Shown: positions 46,524 to 55,362, numbered from the stretch's first letter. The stretch: 64,000 nucleotides of DNA from a virus (IMGVR_UViG_3300045988_009865:24263-88262), one strand, 5' to 3'. The notes: generated by a model from the letters alone, not told the origin. Translations and numbers: made by a program.

Positions 46524-47196
46524 TGAAGTACTGTGTCATGCTTATGACTTGCATCCTCATGAGTTAGGTCTTGATTCCTGTGTATGGACTCCAGAACAGT
46601 GTAGGGATTTTGAAGACACCGCAAGAGAAGTTGTATGTTCACTCGAAGAGTTCCACACATCAGAGACAATTGTGAATGTTGTAGATAAAGAGACTGGACA
46701 AACTATAGGTGTAAGTCGTGACAGTTTAGTCATAGTCAATAAAGACCTTGTAGAAAAAGGTAACCTTATCTTAGCAGACATTGATGGTGTTCTTACAAAT
46801 TTTAATCACGAAGATTACTCAACAGAATTGATTGATGGGTCATTTTCACAGTACACTAATTTGCTTGACTCTGTAAGTGCAAAACCAACGTATGTTTTCA
46901 ATATTATTGACGCAATCTCTAATCATGCTACTATTGGACTCTTGACAGCGAGGGGTGAATCTCAGAGAGTACCTACTGAGATGTTTTTAAGGCATTACAT
47001 AGAGCATGATTACATGCTTTTCATGCGTGGTTTTGGAACTAACTCTATAAGTGCAGAAAGTTTAAAAGTTAGGATGATTCAGTCTTGCATTCTTCCTTAC
47101 TTTAATATAGTATGCTTTATAGAAGATACAGAGAAGAATGTTCAGAAGGTAAACAGAATCCTTCCACACATCAAAACCATGTTAGTTAAACATTGA
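46501..47196 (+). CDS. hypothetical protein
   Basis: 231 aa. Confidence 0.4.
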   Translation: MKKLRKSDEVLCHAYDLHPHELGLDSCVWTPEQCRDFEDTAREVVCSLEEFHTSETIVNVVDKETGQTIGVSRDSLVIVNKDLVEKGNLILADIDGVLTNFNHEDYSTELIDGSFSQYTNLLDSVSAKPTYVFNIIDAISNHATIGLLTARGESQRVPTEMFLRHYIEHDYMLFMRGFGTNSISAESLKVRMIQSCILPYFNIVCFIEDTEKNVQKVNRILPHIKTMLVKH

Positions 47197-47672
47197 GAGA
47201 AAAACTTATGAACAATATCATTACGGTAGCACTGGACGTCACAGCAAACAAATCTGAAGTAGTTCGTAACATTATCAAGAGCAACTTTGAGGGGAAAATC
47301 TTCCGTGCTGTCAATGTAAAAGCAGACGGGAACATCCGGGAGTATCGTGCTCTTCTGAATGTTAAGAAACACGTCAAAGGCGCTGGTTCAACGACTGCAC
47401 ACAAAGAAAACCTGATGACTATCTATGATATGGGTATGGCTTCAGAGTTAGGTGCTGAAGGTATCGTTAAAGAAGGTGCTCCGTATCGCTCTTTCAATCT
47501 GGAAACTGCTCTTATGCTTTCCTTTACAAGTGGTTCTAAAACAACTACTTATCTCTTTACTGATGCTGCAACGGTATCTGCTATCAAGGATAGCACCGTC
47601 AAAGCTGGGGTAGCTGCTGCTGCAAAAGCTTCTTCGATGGCTGCAAATGTCCTTGCTAAAGTCCTCGGTTAA
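47193..47672 (+). CDS. hypothetical protein
   Basis: 159 aa. Confidence 0.4.
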   Translation: MREKLMNNIITVALDVTANKSEVVRNIIKSNFEGKIFRAVNVKADGNIREYRALLNVKKHVKGAGSTTAHKENLMTIYDMGMASELGAEGIVKEGAPYRSFNLETALMLSFTSGSKTTTYLFTDAATVSAIKDSTVKAGVAAAAKASSMAANVLAKVLG

Positions 47673-47683
47673 GGTTAAGATAC

Positions 47684-47706
47684 AGGCTCCTTCGGGAGCC
47701 TTTTTC
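47684..47706 (+). terminator. intrinsic terminator
   Basis: ggctcc-ttcg-ggagcc hairpin then ttttt. Confidence 0.7.
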
Positions 47707-47724
47707 ATTTCAGGAGATTGTTAA

Positions 47725-48072
47725 ATGGCATTTAAAGAGTTCTGCCAAGCTACTTTCATAATTGTTTTCTTAGTTGGGGCAGGTGTCTGGGGAGGATACT
47801 CTTACAGAGATTATCAAGTTGCTGAAGCTGAGCTAAATAATGAGAAACTAATAAGTGTTGCTAAAGATGCTTATCAGGAAGGTTTAGCCACACTCAGCAC
47901 CAATTACAAAAATGATTTGAAAGATGTGCTTGCTAAGAATAAGCACACAAAAGAGGTACTAACATATGAAAAAACTAAGCCAGAGTTTTATAATGTTTGT
48001 GTTACTGATAATTATGTCAGGGTGTTCAACGAACAAAGTGAACAGTACATTCAAAAACTCCCAAGTAAGTGA
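47725..48072 (+). CDS. putative inner-membrane spanin (Rz-like)
   Basis: 115 aa; N-terminal TM helix FIIVFLVGAGVWGG then coiled-coil-like region. Confidence 0.5.
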   Translation: MAFKEFCQATFIIVFLVGAGVWGGYSYRDYQVAEAELNNEKLISVAKDAYQEGLATLSTNYKNDLKDVLAKNKHTKEVLTYEKTKPEFYNVCVTDNYVRVFNEQSEQYIQKLPSK

Positions 48073-48235
48073 GAGTGACAAGTACACTCAAGAAGAATCA
48101 CGGTATATCATTAAAGGTAATACTGGCAGTGATGTGGCAGCAGCCCTTGAGTTTTATCGTGATGGTTTTTACCAGTGCACAATCAAAGCTAATAACCTTA
48201 TTGATATGATTTTATTAGGAAACAAACAGCAATGA
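47966..48235 (+). CDS. putative outer-membrane spanin lipoprotein (Rz1-like), overlapping the Rz-like gene out of frame
   Basis: 89 aa; lipobox MSGC in MKKLSQSFIMFVLLIIMSGC; strong RBS aagaggt inside the upstream ORF. Confidence 0.55.
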   Translation: MKKLSQSFIMFVLLIIMSGCSTNKVNSTFKNSQVSESDKYTQEESRYIIKGNTGSDVAAALEFYRDGFYQCTIKANNLIDMILLGNKQQ

Positions 48236-48501
48236 CAGAGAATGAAGACACTTTCTATGTAGAAGGGTACTTACTGCTACCACGACCAAAAGAAACTTAT
48301 ATGCGGGTTGATTTCTCACCAACCATTATGGATAATGTGATGTGCCATATCTTTATGCAAGGTGTCACAGCACAGCTTAAGCATGTTGGTAAAGAGTGTA
48401 AAATAAAGGTTGACACTCATCCAGAAATCAAAGAGAATCACTACACATGGTTCTTACCAGACTCTAAAGAAATCTTAGCAGTTCTTAAAACGAGGAAGTG
48501 A
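48232..48501 (+). CDS. hypothetical protein
   Basis: 89 aa. Confidence 0.35.
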   Translation: MTENEDTFYVEGYLLLPRPKETYMRVDFSPTIMDNVMCHIFMQGVTAQLKHVGKECKIKVDTHPEIKENHYTWFLPDSKEILAVLKTRK

Positions 48502-48830
48502 CTATGCAGATTAATGGAAGAGACTTTGTAGCCGTTTACTACGAGAAAGATAAAGAAGTTGGCGTAGCACAAGTATCTTATGGCAATGGTAAGTGGTTGT
48601 ATGGGACAATCGCAGTAGTCGGGACAAGAAGTGATACAAAAACTTTTAAAGACTGTGTTGACCTTCTTGAAGAATCCATCCATAATCATTGGTGTCTGAT
48701 ATGGATGACTGACAATGAAGTGATAGAACGCTTCAAAAAGATTGGTATCAACATTGATAGCATTGAGCATGTTGACTTGTATGAGCTAACTGAGAAGGTA
48801 AACTATGAAAGTAATACTAGCCAGAGATAA
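48498..48830 (+). CDS. hypothetical protein
   Basis: 110 aa. Confidence 0.35.
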   Translation: MTMQINGRDFVAVYYEKDKEVGVAQVSYGNGKWLYGTIAVVGTRSDTKTFKDCVDLLEESIHNHWCLIWMTDNEVIERFKKIGINIDSIEHVDLYELTEKVNYESNTSQR

Positions 48831-49038
48831 AAAGACCCGCAAGATTGTACGTTCAGCAGTATTCATAGGGAGAGATGAAGTCGTCCCGTTTGCAGGGGAA
48901 GATGTACTAACTTATAAGAAGGGTTTAAAACGTAAATTCAGTGACCGTTTACGCGGCTTCATCTCTGAACCATTAGAAGATTTCAAAAGTCGCTGTGGCG
49001 AAGGCATCATCATTCAAGAGGCAATTATTCATGGCTGA
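48805..49038 (+). CDS. hypothetical protein
   Basis: 77 aa. Confidence 0.3.
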   Translation: MKVILARDKKTRKIVRSAVFIGRDEVVPFAGEDVLTYKKGLKRKFSDRLRGFISEPLEDFKSRCGEGIIIQEAIIHG

Positions 49039-49231
49039 TTTCTGCAAAGATTGTGCTATCGAAATGTTTGGACGTGATACAGGTGACTTAAAAGGTCTTA
49101 TCACTGAAGATGACTTTAAAGCTGGCTATGCAATGCCAGTAATCTGTGAAGGTTGTGGATGTATCTGGGTAGACCACGAAGGACAACGTGTAAAACCTTC
49201 AGAAGATAAAGAATCTTGGGAGAGATGCTAA
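48995..49231 (+). CDS. small Cys-rich protein
   Basis: 78 aa; CKDC ... CEGCGC. Confidence 0.3.
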   Translation: MAKASSFKRQLFMADFCKDCAIEMFGRDTGDLKGLITEDDFKAGYAMPVICEGCGCIWVDHEGQRVKPSEDKESWERC

Positions 49232-50017
49232 ATGGGTATTGTAAAAATCATCAATGGGGATATCTTCTCCGCATTTGATAAAGGTAAGTTTGATATTATT
49301 GGTCACGGTTGCAACTGTATGAATTTAATGGGTGCAGGTATCGCTGACAAGATTTCTAAACTTTACCCAAAAGCATATGAGACTGATACAGAAGTCTATC
49401 TGTATGCAGGTGGTATAGGTCACAAACCCTGTGAAAATTTACTAGGCAATTTCTCTGTAGCACGTTTAGAACAAGGCCGTATAGCTAACCTTTACACTCA
49501 GCTTAAGACTGGTAAAGATGCCCGATACAGTGCTTTAGAGTCATCTTTGAAACAACTTAACAGATACTGTGAAGTCAATCAGTTGAAGAAAGTTGGGTTA
49601 CCTATGATTGGTGCAGGTATCGGTGGACTAGACTCTCAAGCCGTCACAGTCATCATTAATCAGGTGATGAAGAGTGTAGATGTGTATCTGTATGTCTATG
49701 AAGGAGAGATGTACCACAAGTTACGCTCAGGTTGGAAGAACTACTGTGAACCAGAATACTTTGCAGGTGTAGTAGTGTTCACTGATGATACAGTTACCCT
49801 CTTCAGACGAAGAAAAGGCAAGATACATCAAAGTAACCCTCCGGTTGAAAAGATGTCTCTAAGTAACGCTCTAGTTACCCACCTGTCGAAGAGCAATCAC
49901 AGGATTGCAGTAACATTTGGCAGTGATGCAGATACATATATCTATGCAAGAACTGATGAGGATGTTGAGGAAATTTTCTCTTCACCGGAAGTTACCTTCT
50001 TAGACGCAAAGAACTAA
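49232..50017 (+). CDS. macro-domain (ADP-ribose binding/processing) protein
   Basis: 261 aa; N-terminal IINGDIFSA...DIIGHGCNCMNLMGAGIA resembles the macrodomain GDI...N.AN...G.G.A signature. Confidence 0.5.
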   Translation: MGIVKIINGDIFSAFDKGKFDIIGHGCNCMNLMGAGIADKISKLYPKAYETDTEVYLYAGGIGHKPCENLLGNFSVARLEQGRIANLYTQLKTGKDARYSALESSLKQLNRYCEVNQLKKVGLPMIGAGIGGLDSQAVTVIINQVMKSVDVYLYVYEGEMYHKLRSGWKNYCEPEYFAGVVVFTDDTVTLFRRRKGKIHQSNPPVEKMSLSNALVTHLSKSNHRIAVTFGSDADTYIYARTDEDVEEIFSSPEVTFLDAKN

Positions 50018-50047
50018 GAAACTTTGTAGAATATTCACAATAGACTA

Positions 50048-50091
50048 AGCCTTTCTTATCTGGTAAATTTTTCAGGTAAGGAGGGCTTTTT
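50048..50091 (+). terminator. possible intrinsic terminator
   Basis: agcctttctta / taaggagggct stem (two G-U pairs) with long loop, then ttttt. Confidence 0.35.
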
Positions 50092-50267
50092 CATTTTAGG
50101 ATTGTGCAGGTAGAGTTCTGTAGAGAAATCTGTAGAGAAAATTTTGAACTCCAAAGAGAAAATTCATTTTCAAACTGTGCAGGTAATCTCCAAAGAGCTT
50201 TTTCATTTTCAAAACGTGCAGACCCCGCTCAGGTCGGGCAAGAAAAATCATTTTAGAATTGTGCAGG
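50091..50267. repeat. four direct repeats of about 20-35 bp (core tcatttt..a...tgcagg)
   Basis: Copies at 50091, 50164, 50203, 50248; also ctgtagagaaa x2 and ctccaaagag x2. Confidence 0.6.
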
Positions 50268-50446
50268 TAGGGTGGTGCAAGTGGGAATGTCGCCATTTCT
50301 CACAAGGCTACCACATATGAAAAGAAAAGTCAACAGAAAAATTTGTAGCGGATTGAAAAATAATTCTTGATTGTAGTTCTGTTTTGTGGTAGTCGCGTGC
50401 ACCCGTTTCATTACAGTTTTTTGCAAAAATATTTTTAAAATTCCTA

Positions 50447-50475
50447 TTGACTCTTTGAGTATGGTTATCTAATAT
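50447..50475 (+). promoter_or_regulatory. sigma70-like promoter (TTGACT-17-TAATAT) at head of small-gene array
   Basis: -35 50447-50452, -10 50470-50475. Confidence 0.55.
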
Positions 50476-50523
50476 TTGCATCAGACGGGCAATCAAGCCC
50501 ACTTCCTAAACTGGAGAATCAAA

Positions 50524-50730
50524 ATGCTTTACAGTCGTGAATTGATGGTTACAACTAACGTTAACACAAAGGTAAAACGTTTTTATATGCAAGTGTGCGG
50601 CGCATGGCGTAGAATATCAGAAGCTGACTATTGCAACTATGTAGAAACGGCTATCAATTCTAATTGCTACCTTACAATAAACACTAAGAAGTTTACAAGA
50701 CAGACAGCAATTTACTACTACGATAAATAA
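50524..50730 (+). CDS. small hypothetical protein (array gene 1)
   Basis: ATG 50524 after ctggagaatcaaa RBS; ORF-track start 50476 lies inside the promoter. Confidence 0.45.
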   Translation: MLYSRELMVTTNVNTKVKRFYMQVCGAWRRISEADYCNYVETAINSNCYLTINTKKFTRQTAIYYYDK

Positions 50731-50737
50731 AAAGTAC

Positions 50738-50766
50738 TTTACAAGGGGCTTAAAAGCTGGTATCTT
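50738..50766 (+). promoter_or_regulatory. type-1 cassette promoter candidate (TTTACA-17-TATCTT) with hairpin in spacer
   Basis: Conserved element agtacTTTACAaggggcttaa...ttaagcccc...ccttaaactaggagattcaaaaATG. Confidence 0.4.
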
Positions 50767-50820
50767 AAGCCCCAGATAAAGAGCTTTACTAAATTAACCC
50801 TTAAACTAGGAGATTCAAAA

Positions 50821-51201
50821 ATGGCTTATCGTGCACCGAAATTCATCAACAAAGACAACTTCCGCAACGCACTGGAGAAGTCACTTGATGAAAAATTTAA
50901 CGGCAAATTGATTGTTGTTCACGCATTCAATTTTAAGTATGATATTAACGGGAATAAAATCAACCATTACACGGCAACCATGTTAGATGGTACACTATCA
51001 AGTGAAAAAGCTGTACTGAATGCACTTGCAGGACGTGGTAAAAACCTGATAAGATGCGATAAGAGACGTTATCAGGGTGGCGCATATGGTTATGATGATG
51101 CTGTTTATCATCTTGAAAATATGGGCTATTCAGTGGAAAAAGCTGGAGTGTCTCAAATAATCGGCAGTGACGGCTATGTGACAATTTTCAAAATTAACTA
51201 A
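50821..51201 (+). CDS. small hypothetical protein (array gene 2)
   Basis: 126 aa; conserved leader and RBS. Confidence 0.5.
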   Translation: MAYRAPKFINKDNFRNALEKSLDEKFNGKLIVVHAFNFKYDINGNKINHYTATMLDGTLSSEKAVLNALAGRGKNLIRCDKRRYQGGAYGYDDAVYHLENMGYSVEKAGVSQIIGSDGYVTIFKIN

Positions 51202-51209
51202 TAAAGTAC

Positions 51210-51238
51210 TTTACAGGGGGCTTATAGTTCGATAAAGT
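51210..51238 (+). promoter_or_regulatory. type-1 cassette promoter candidate (TTTACA-17-TAAAGT)
   Basis: Same cassette; stem carries compensatory changes. Confidence 0.4.
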
Positions 51239-51289
51239 AAGCCCCAGATAAAGAGCTTTACCACTAAATCCTAAATTGGAGATTCAAAA

Positions 51290-51580
51290 ATGGCTATTAT
51301 TAAAAACGTTGTAATTCCTGCAAAAACTCGTGATGACGCTCGCATCATGGCGAAAAAGTTAGGCGGGAAAGTGGTTGACAACGGAAAACAAACTGCTGTA
51401 AGGTGGAACGTGAAGGCGGATAAACAAATGAATTTAAAAAATTCACCAATAAACCTTTTTACATGTGTAAACACTATCGGGAAAACGAATGTATACACTA
51501 AAAAGGCATATATCAGACGCATCGCCATGACGTCACCTATTCGTACAATGAGAAGTCATGCAAAGCTGAAAATTAAGTAA
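51290..51580 (+). CDS. small hypothetical protein (array gene 3)
   Basis: 96 aa; conserved leader. Confidence 0.5.
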   Translation: MAIIKNVVIPAKTRDDARIMAKKLGGKVVDNGKQTAVRWNVKADKQMNLKNSPINLFTCVNTIGKTNVYTKKAYIRRIAMTSPIRTMRSHAKLKIK

Positions 51581-51588
51581 TAGAGTAC

Positions 51589-51617
51589 TTTACAGGGGGC
51601 TTAAAAGCTGATATCTT
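51589..51617 (+). promoter_or_regulatory. type-1 cassette promoter candidate (TTTACA-17-TATCTT)
   Basis: Same cassette. Confidence 0.4.
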
Positions 51618-51670
51618 AAGCCCCAGATAAAGAGCTTTACCACTCAATCCTTAAACTAGGAGATTCAAAA

Positions 51671-52183
51671 ATGAAAACTGTAGACGCTACCTTTGAAGTT
51701 GTAAAAGAAAAATTTTCCATCATTTACGAAGCTGTCAATTGCTACGAAGCAAGCCATAATCTTGATAATTGGAAGTTTACAGATGACCATCAAGGTGGTG
51801 TGACTATTAAAAACCCCAACTGTCAGCGTAATGGATTTAAATATGCAATTCCTTTACATTACAGCCTTAAACAGCTTTCAATTGACTATGCAAAACAAGG
51901 CCGGGAAAATCCATCGAAAGAGGCTTACATCAGCTTACAGAAAGAACTAGAAAGAGATTTAGAGGCTTCAGAATATAACATCGCCGCGAAAGTTGTAGAT
52001 GCAAACGGTAGCACGGTTTTAGAAAGTTTTTATATTGGTTATGCTTTCGATTGGTGCTACAGTGACGGCGATGATTTAGATGACAGACTAAAAGAGGAAG
52101 TGAACAACGCAGACGCAGAATCTGAAGTATTAGAACGCTTGGAAGCATTAAAAGATTCAGTGATGAATATCTTTAAGAACTAA
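51671..52183 (+). CDS. small acidic hypothetical protein (array gene 4)
   Basis: 170 aa; D/E-rich. Confidence 0.5.
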   Translation: MKTVDATFEVVKEKFSIIYEAVNCYEASHNLDNWKFTDDHQGGVTIKNPNCQRNGFKYAIPLHYSLKQLSIDYAKQGRENPSKEAYISLQKELERDLEASEYNIAAKVVDANGSTVLESFYIGYAFDWCYSDGDDLDDRLKEEVNNADAESEVLERLEALKDSVMNIFKN

Positions 52184-52193
52184 ATAGATTTCT

Positions 52194-52222
52194 TTACACG
52201 GGGCTAACAAGCGGATATGATA
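52194..52222 (+). promoter_or_regulatory. type-1 cassette promoter candidate (TTTACA-16/17-TATGAT)
   Basis: Hairpin ggggcta...tagcccc with compensatory base change. Confidence 0.4.
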
Positions 52223-52274
52223 GCCCCAGATAAAGAGATTTATCAAATTAACCCTTAAACTAGGAGATTCTAAA

Positions 52275-52571
52275 ATGAAATTATCAAATAAAGTTAGGGA
52301 AAACCTTAGCAAATTACTCAATAAAATTGATTTTATCGAGACATCAAGGAATAGTCATGATGTTATGGAATGGTTACACGGCAAAATAAAAGGCCGTCGC
52401 GTAGTGATTTGCTTATGGAATAGTTGCAGGGAATATAAAAAGCCTGTATTGCAAGTTAATATTTATGATGATACTTTTAAAAGTCCTGTAAAGTCTAAAA
52501 GCGATTTATTAGAATCCTATGAGATAACTATAAATGGCAAAGTATCACGTAAAGAGGAAGCACCATGTTAA
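52275..52571 (+). CDS. small hypothetical protein (array gene 5)
   Basis: 98 aa. Confidence 0.45.
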   Translation: MKLSNKVRENLSKLLNKIDFIETSRNSHDVMEWLHGKIKGRRVVICLWNSCREYKKPVLQVNIYDDTFKSPVKSKSDLLESYEITINGKVSRKEEAPC

Positions 52572-52897
52572 TGATGGGTATCACTGCAATCATTGCCATT
52601 ATAGCACTGTACAAGGCTTATAGCGCATATAATTTGGCAAGTAAGGCAATCACGCAACAGGTTAATAATAGCCTTGTAATGAGCTTTCTGGAGCGTTTAA
52701 GTGATGAACAAATAAAACGGTTAGAAATGAGCTTCAGATTTCAATCAAAAACTTATCAAATCAGCGACATTTTCAAAGATAATTTTCAGCTTGTCGATGA
52801 TTATAACTCTCTGATAAATGCTTTAAATATCAGTGACTTAAAAGACTATTACACTGTAATTGTCCAAGAACTGAACAAACGAAAAAATTTCTCTTGA
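52565..52897 (+). CDS. small membrane protein (array gene 6)
   Basis: 110 aa; N-terminal TM MLMMGITAIIAIIALY; RBS gaggaag; overlaps upstream stop. Confidence 0.45.
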   Translation: MLMMGITAIIAIIALYKAYSAYNLASKAITQQVNNSLVMSFLERLSDEQIKRLEMSFRFQSKTYQISDIFKDNFQLVDDYNSLINALNISDLKDYYTVIVQELNKRKNFS

Positions 52898-52922
52898 TTT
52901 TAGTTTTAAAAACAAGTAAATT
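52894..52922 (+). promoter_or_regulatory. type-2 cassette promoter (TTGATT-17-TAAATT)
   Basis: Followed by conserved leader actaatcaacggggagg...ccttcccc...aactaggagattc. Confidence 0.5.
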
Positions 52923-52987
52923 ACTAATCAACGGGGAGGGAATGACCTTCCCCACTAAGTAAAGTCCTTAAACTAGGAGATTCAAAA

Positions 52988-53260
52988 ATGTACACTACTA
53001 ACAACGGTCGCACCTTAAACGTAACCCTACGCCACTATGTAAACGGTGTAATGCACTTCGAGGATTTACAAGCTGAACAGCACATTTTGGATTGGCAACT
53101 TGCAGGATTCCAAAAAACTGCTACCGGATACGGGAAAAAGATTCCAACCAGTTGGAAAGTATACTACGAAGGACGTTTGCGCAGAATTTATCAGGATGTG
53201 CAAAGCAATAGCGCATCGAGTTACATTATAGTAAAAGGTAAAAAGCTGCATTTAGCATAA
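52988..53260 (+). CDS. small hypothetical protein (array gene 7)
   Basis: 90 aa. Confidence 0.45.
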   Translation: MYTTNNGRTLNVTLRHYVNGVMHFEDLQAEQHILDWQLAGFQKTATGYGKKIPTSWKVYYEGRLRRIYQDVQSNSASSYIIVKGKKLHLA

Positions 53261-53265
53261 AGTAC

Positions 53266-53294
53266 TTTACAAGGGGCTTATAGTTCGATAAAGT
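53266..53294 (+). promoter_or_regulatory. type-1 cassette promoter candidate (TTTACA-17-TAAAGT)
   Basis: Near-identical to the cassette at 51210. Confidence 0.4.
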
Positions 53295-53346
53295 AAGCCC
53301 CAGATAAAGAGCTTTACCACTAAATCCTAAATTGGAGATTCAAAAA

Positions 53347-53751
53347 ATGGCTATTAATAATCGTGAGTTATCTATCTTAAAAGCACGTTTGACCGTCAAC
53401 CGGATTAATGTTATCACATCATCAGCACCAGATGAAACACTGCAAAACATTATTGGGAAGATTCAAAGTATTATCTTAGACGTTGAAAGCGTAAAAAACT
53501 CATTGGCTGACGTTGCAGCCGGTATCACGCTAGACGGTGCACAACATGAGATGGCCGACATGTTAGGCAAATCAAAGGTAATGAATAAAGAGCTTGATTT
53601 AAAGATGTTCCGATTTGCTGTTAAAGTGTGGCTATCCGTCGAGTATGACGCTAATTTTGCAATCGCTGATTTCTTTGCCACTTGGTTACAACGTAACTTA
53701 ACAAATCATGATTTCCGTGATGTCTGTGATGCAATCTACGCAGAACTTTAA
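53347..53751 (+). CDS. small hypothetical protein (array gene 8)
   Basis: Start refined to ATG 53347 after conserved leader. Confidence 0.45.
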   Translation: MAINNRELSILKARLTVNRINVITSSAPDETLQNIIGKIQSIILDVESVKNSLADVAAGITLDGAQHEMADMLGKSKVMNKELDLKMFRFAVKVWLSVEYDANFAIADFFATWLQRNLTNHDFRDVCDAIYAEL

Positions 53752-53758
53752 AAAGATG

Positions 53759-53787
53759 TTGACACTGATTTTTAGATAGATTAAATT
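53759..53787 (+). promoter_or_regulatory. type-2 cassette promoter (TTGACA-17-TAAATT)
   Basis: -35 53759-53764, -10 53782-53787. Confidence 0.55.
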
Positions 53788-53851
53788 ACTCATCAACGGG
53801 GAGGCAATAACCTCCCTACTAAATAAAGTCCTTAAACTAGGAGATTCTAAA

Positions 53852-54049
53852 ATGGCTATTATTAACGGCTTAACCATTGAAACAACACACATCAAAGATA
53901 TCAAAGTTGGTGATGTAGTCCTTTCCCACGGCGTAGAAAAAACTGTCACTGCAAAGGATATCAAAGAGGATTCTTTCATGGGTAGAACTCTCTTCGGTGA
54001 TTCTTATTGCTTAGGTTATCTTGCAGTTTTAAAAGTTGTCAAAAATTAA
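53852..54049 (+). CDS. small hypothetical protein (array gene 9)
   Basis: 65 aa. Confidence 0.4.
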   Translation: MAIINGLTIETTHIKDIKVGDVVLSHGVEKTVTAKDIKEDSFMGRTLFGDSYCLGYLAVLKVVKN

Positions 54050-54061
54050 GTAATAAAGTAC

Positions 54062-54091
54062 TTTACAAGGGGCTTAAAAAGTTGGTATCTT
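54062..54091 (+). promoter_or_regulatory. type-1 cassette promoter candidate (TTTACA-18-TATCTT)
   Basis: Same cassette. Confidence 0.4.
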
Positions 54092-54141
54092 AAGCCCCAG
54101 ATAAAGAGCTTTACACAGTCCTTAAACTAGGAGATTAAAAA

Positions 54142-54390
54142 ATGATGAACTATTTCAATATTCCTGATACCTGCCGACTATTGACACAAGAAGAAAACTT
54201 GGGTAAACCTTTTCTTTACCACATGCCAGACAACACACCAAAAACTTATAGTTACAATGTCAACCGTTTTACCGCATACGCTGCAAAGAACGGTTATAAG
54301 TTGGTCACTCAAAAAGTAATGCTGGTTACAACCGCTGACGAGATTCCTACAGTTGCAGTTAAACTAATTTTCTCAAAAAAAGTTAAATAA
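54142..54390 (+). CDS. small hypothetical protein (array gene 10)
   Basis: 82 aa. Confidence 0.45.
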   Translation: MMNYFNIPDTCRLLTQEENLGKPFLYHMPDNTPKTYSYNVNRFTAYAAKNGYKLVTQKVMLVTTADEIPTVAVKLIFSKKVK

Positions 54391-54395
54391 AGTAC

Positions 54396-54424
54396 TTTAC
54401 AGGGGGCTTAAAAGCTGATATCTT
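54396..54424 (+). promoter_or_regulatory. type-1 cassette promoter candidate (TTTACA-17-TATCTT)
   Basis: Same cassette. Confidence 0.4.
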
Positions 54425-54475
54425 AAGCCCCAGATAAAGAGCTTTACCACTAAATCCTAAACTGGAGATTCAAAA

Positions 54476-55039
54476 ATGAAATGCTATCACGGAACTACCC
54501 TCAAAAACTTTGTAAACCTGCTGAATGGTGGCGACAAGCCGGAAGGAATCTGGAACTGCTCCTACATGGATGATTGTTTCTACGTTTACCCAATGAACAA
54601 GATTATCAAAACGGAATGTCTGGAAGATGAGGAAGATTCTTACATTCGTGAACGCTGCATTCAAAACGCTTTAGAATCTGGGCTTATTACGGCAGCTTTC
54701 CAAATGGAAACGCAGGACGTAATTGTCATTGAGATGGATATCCCAGAGGAAGAGTTAGAGGATGATTATTCTTGTGACAACATGAGCGATATCGCCAGCT
54801 TTACCGGACACTTTGATAAAGGTTGGATTATTGGCCTTCACTCGACGAAATTTAGTGCGATGTATGCACCTTTCTTTGTACCAGATGCAACTAACCGCAA
54901 TTTAGGCTATGTTGACGATGATTTGTTAAGTATGGCGAAAATTGTACAGAATAGCGGTGATAGTTCCGTGTTTTGTGACTTGCTGGATAAAATCACGGCA
55001 AACATCACAGAACGCAATTTAAAAGACTTTTTAGGTTAA
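54476..55039 (+). CDS. acidic hypothetical protein (array gene 11)
   Basis: 187 aa; D/E-rich stretch DIPEEELEDDYSCDNMSD. Confidence 0.5.
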   Translation: MKCYHGTTLKNFVNLLNGGDKPEGIWNCSYMDDCFYVYPMNKIIKTECLEDEEDSYIRERCIQNALESGLITAAFQMETQDVIVIEMDIPEEELEDDYSCDNMSDIASFTGHFDKGWIIGLHSTKFSAMYAPFFVPDATNRNLGYVDDDLLSMAKIVQNSGDSSVFCDLLDKITANITERNLKDFLG

Positions 55040-55102
55040 TCAGTACAAAGATACCAACTTTCAACTTAAGGCCCATACAGGGCCATTTAAAGGGCTTAAA
55101 TC

Positions 55103-55336
55103 ATGCTTACAACCATTTACCTCATCCTTTCCATTTGTAACGGTCATTCATGCGATTTTGAAGAGCTTGGGGAGTTTACAGGGAGTAAAGAAAATGCTAT
55201 TCAGGTTTGCCAGATAGCAAGACAAGACTACCCCGCCAGTGATGATATTCAATGTTACTTTAAGACAGAAGACAGCGACGGCGTTTATTTTGATAGCGTT
55301 GACGGAAAACATGAAATTATCATAGAAAAAGACTAG
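55103..55336 (+). CDS. small hypothetical protein (array gene 12, no conserved cassette)
   Basis: 77 aa; preceded by ggcccatacagggcc hairpin. Confidence 0.35.
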   Translation: MLTTIYLILSICNGHSCDFEELGEFTGSKENAIQVCQIARQDYPASDDIQCYFKTEDSDGVYFDSVDGKHEIIIEKD

Positions 55337-55362
55337 ACAAGCCGGATAAAAATCTGTAAATT
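55334..55362 (+). promoter_or_regulatory. type-2 cassette promoter (TAGACA-17-TAAATT)
   Basis: Followed by leader with gggagg/cctccc hairpin. Confidence 0.5.

Noticed and set aside
50096-50502. Minus-strand ORFs 50096-50296 and 50308-50502
   Set aside because: They lie across the direct-repeat and promoter region; their peptides are translated repeats (KMIFLA, KMKKLFG, KMNFLFG) and they lack RBSs.
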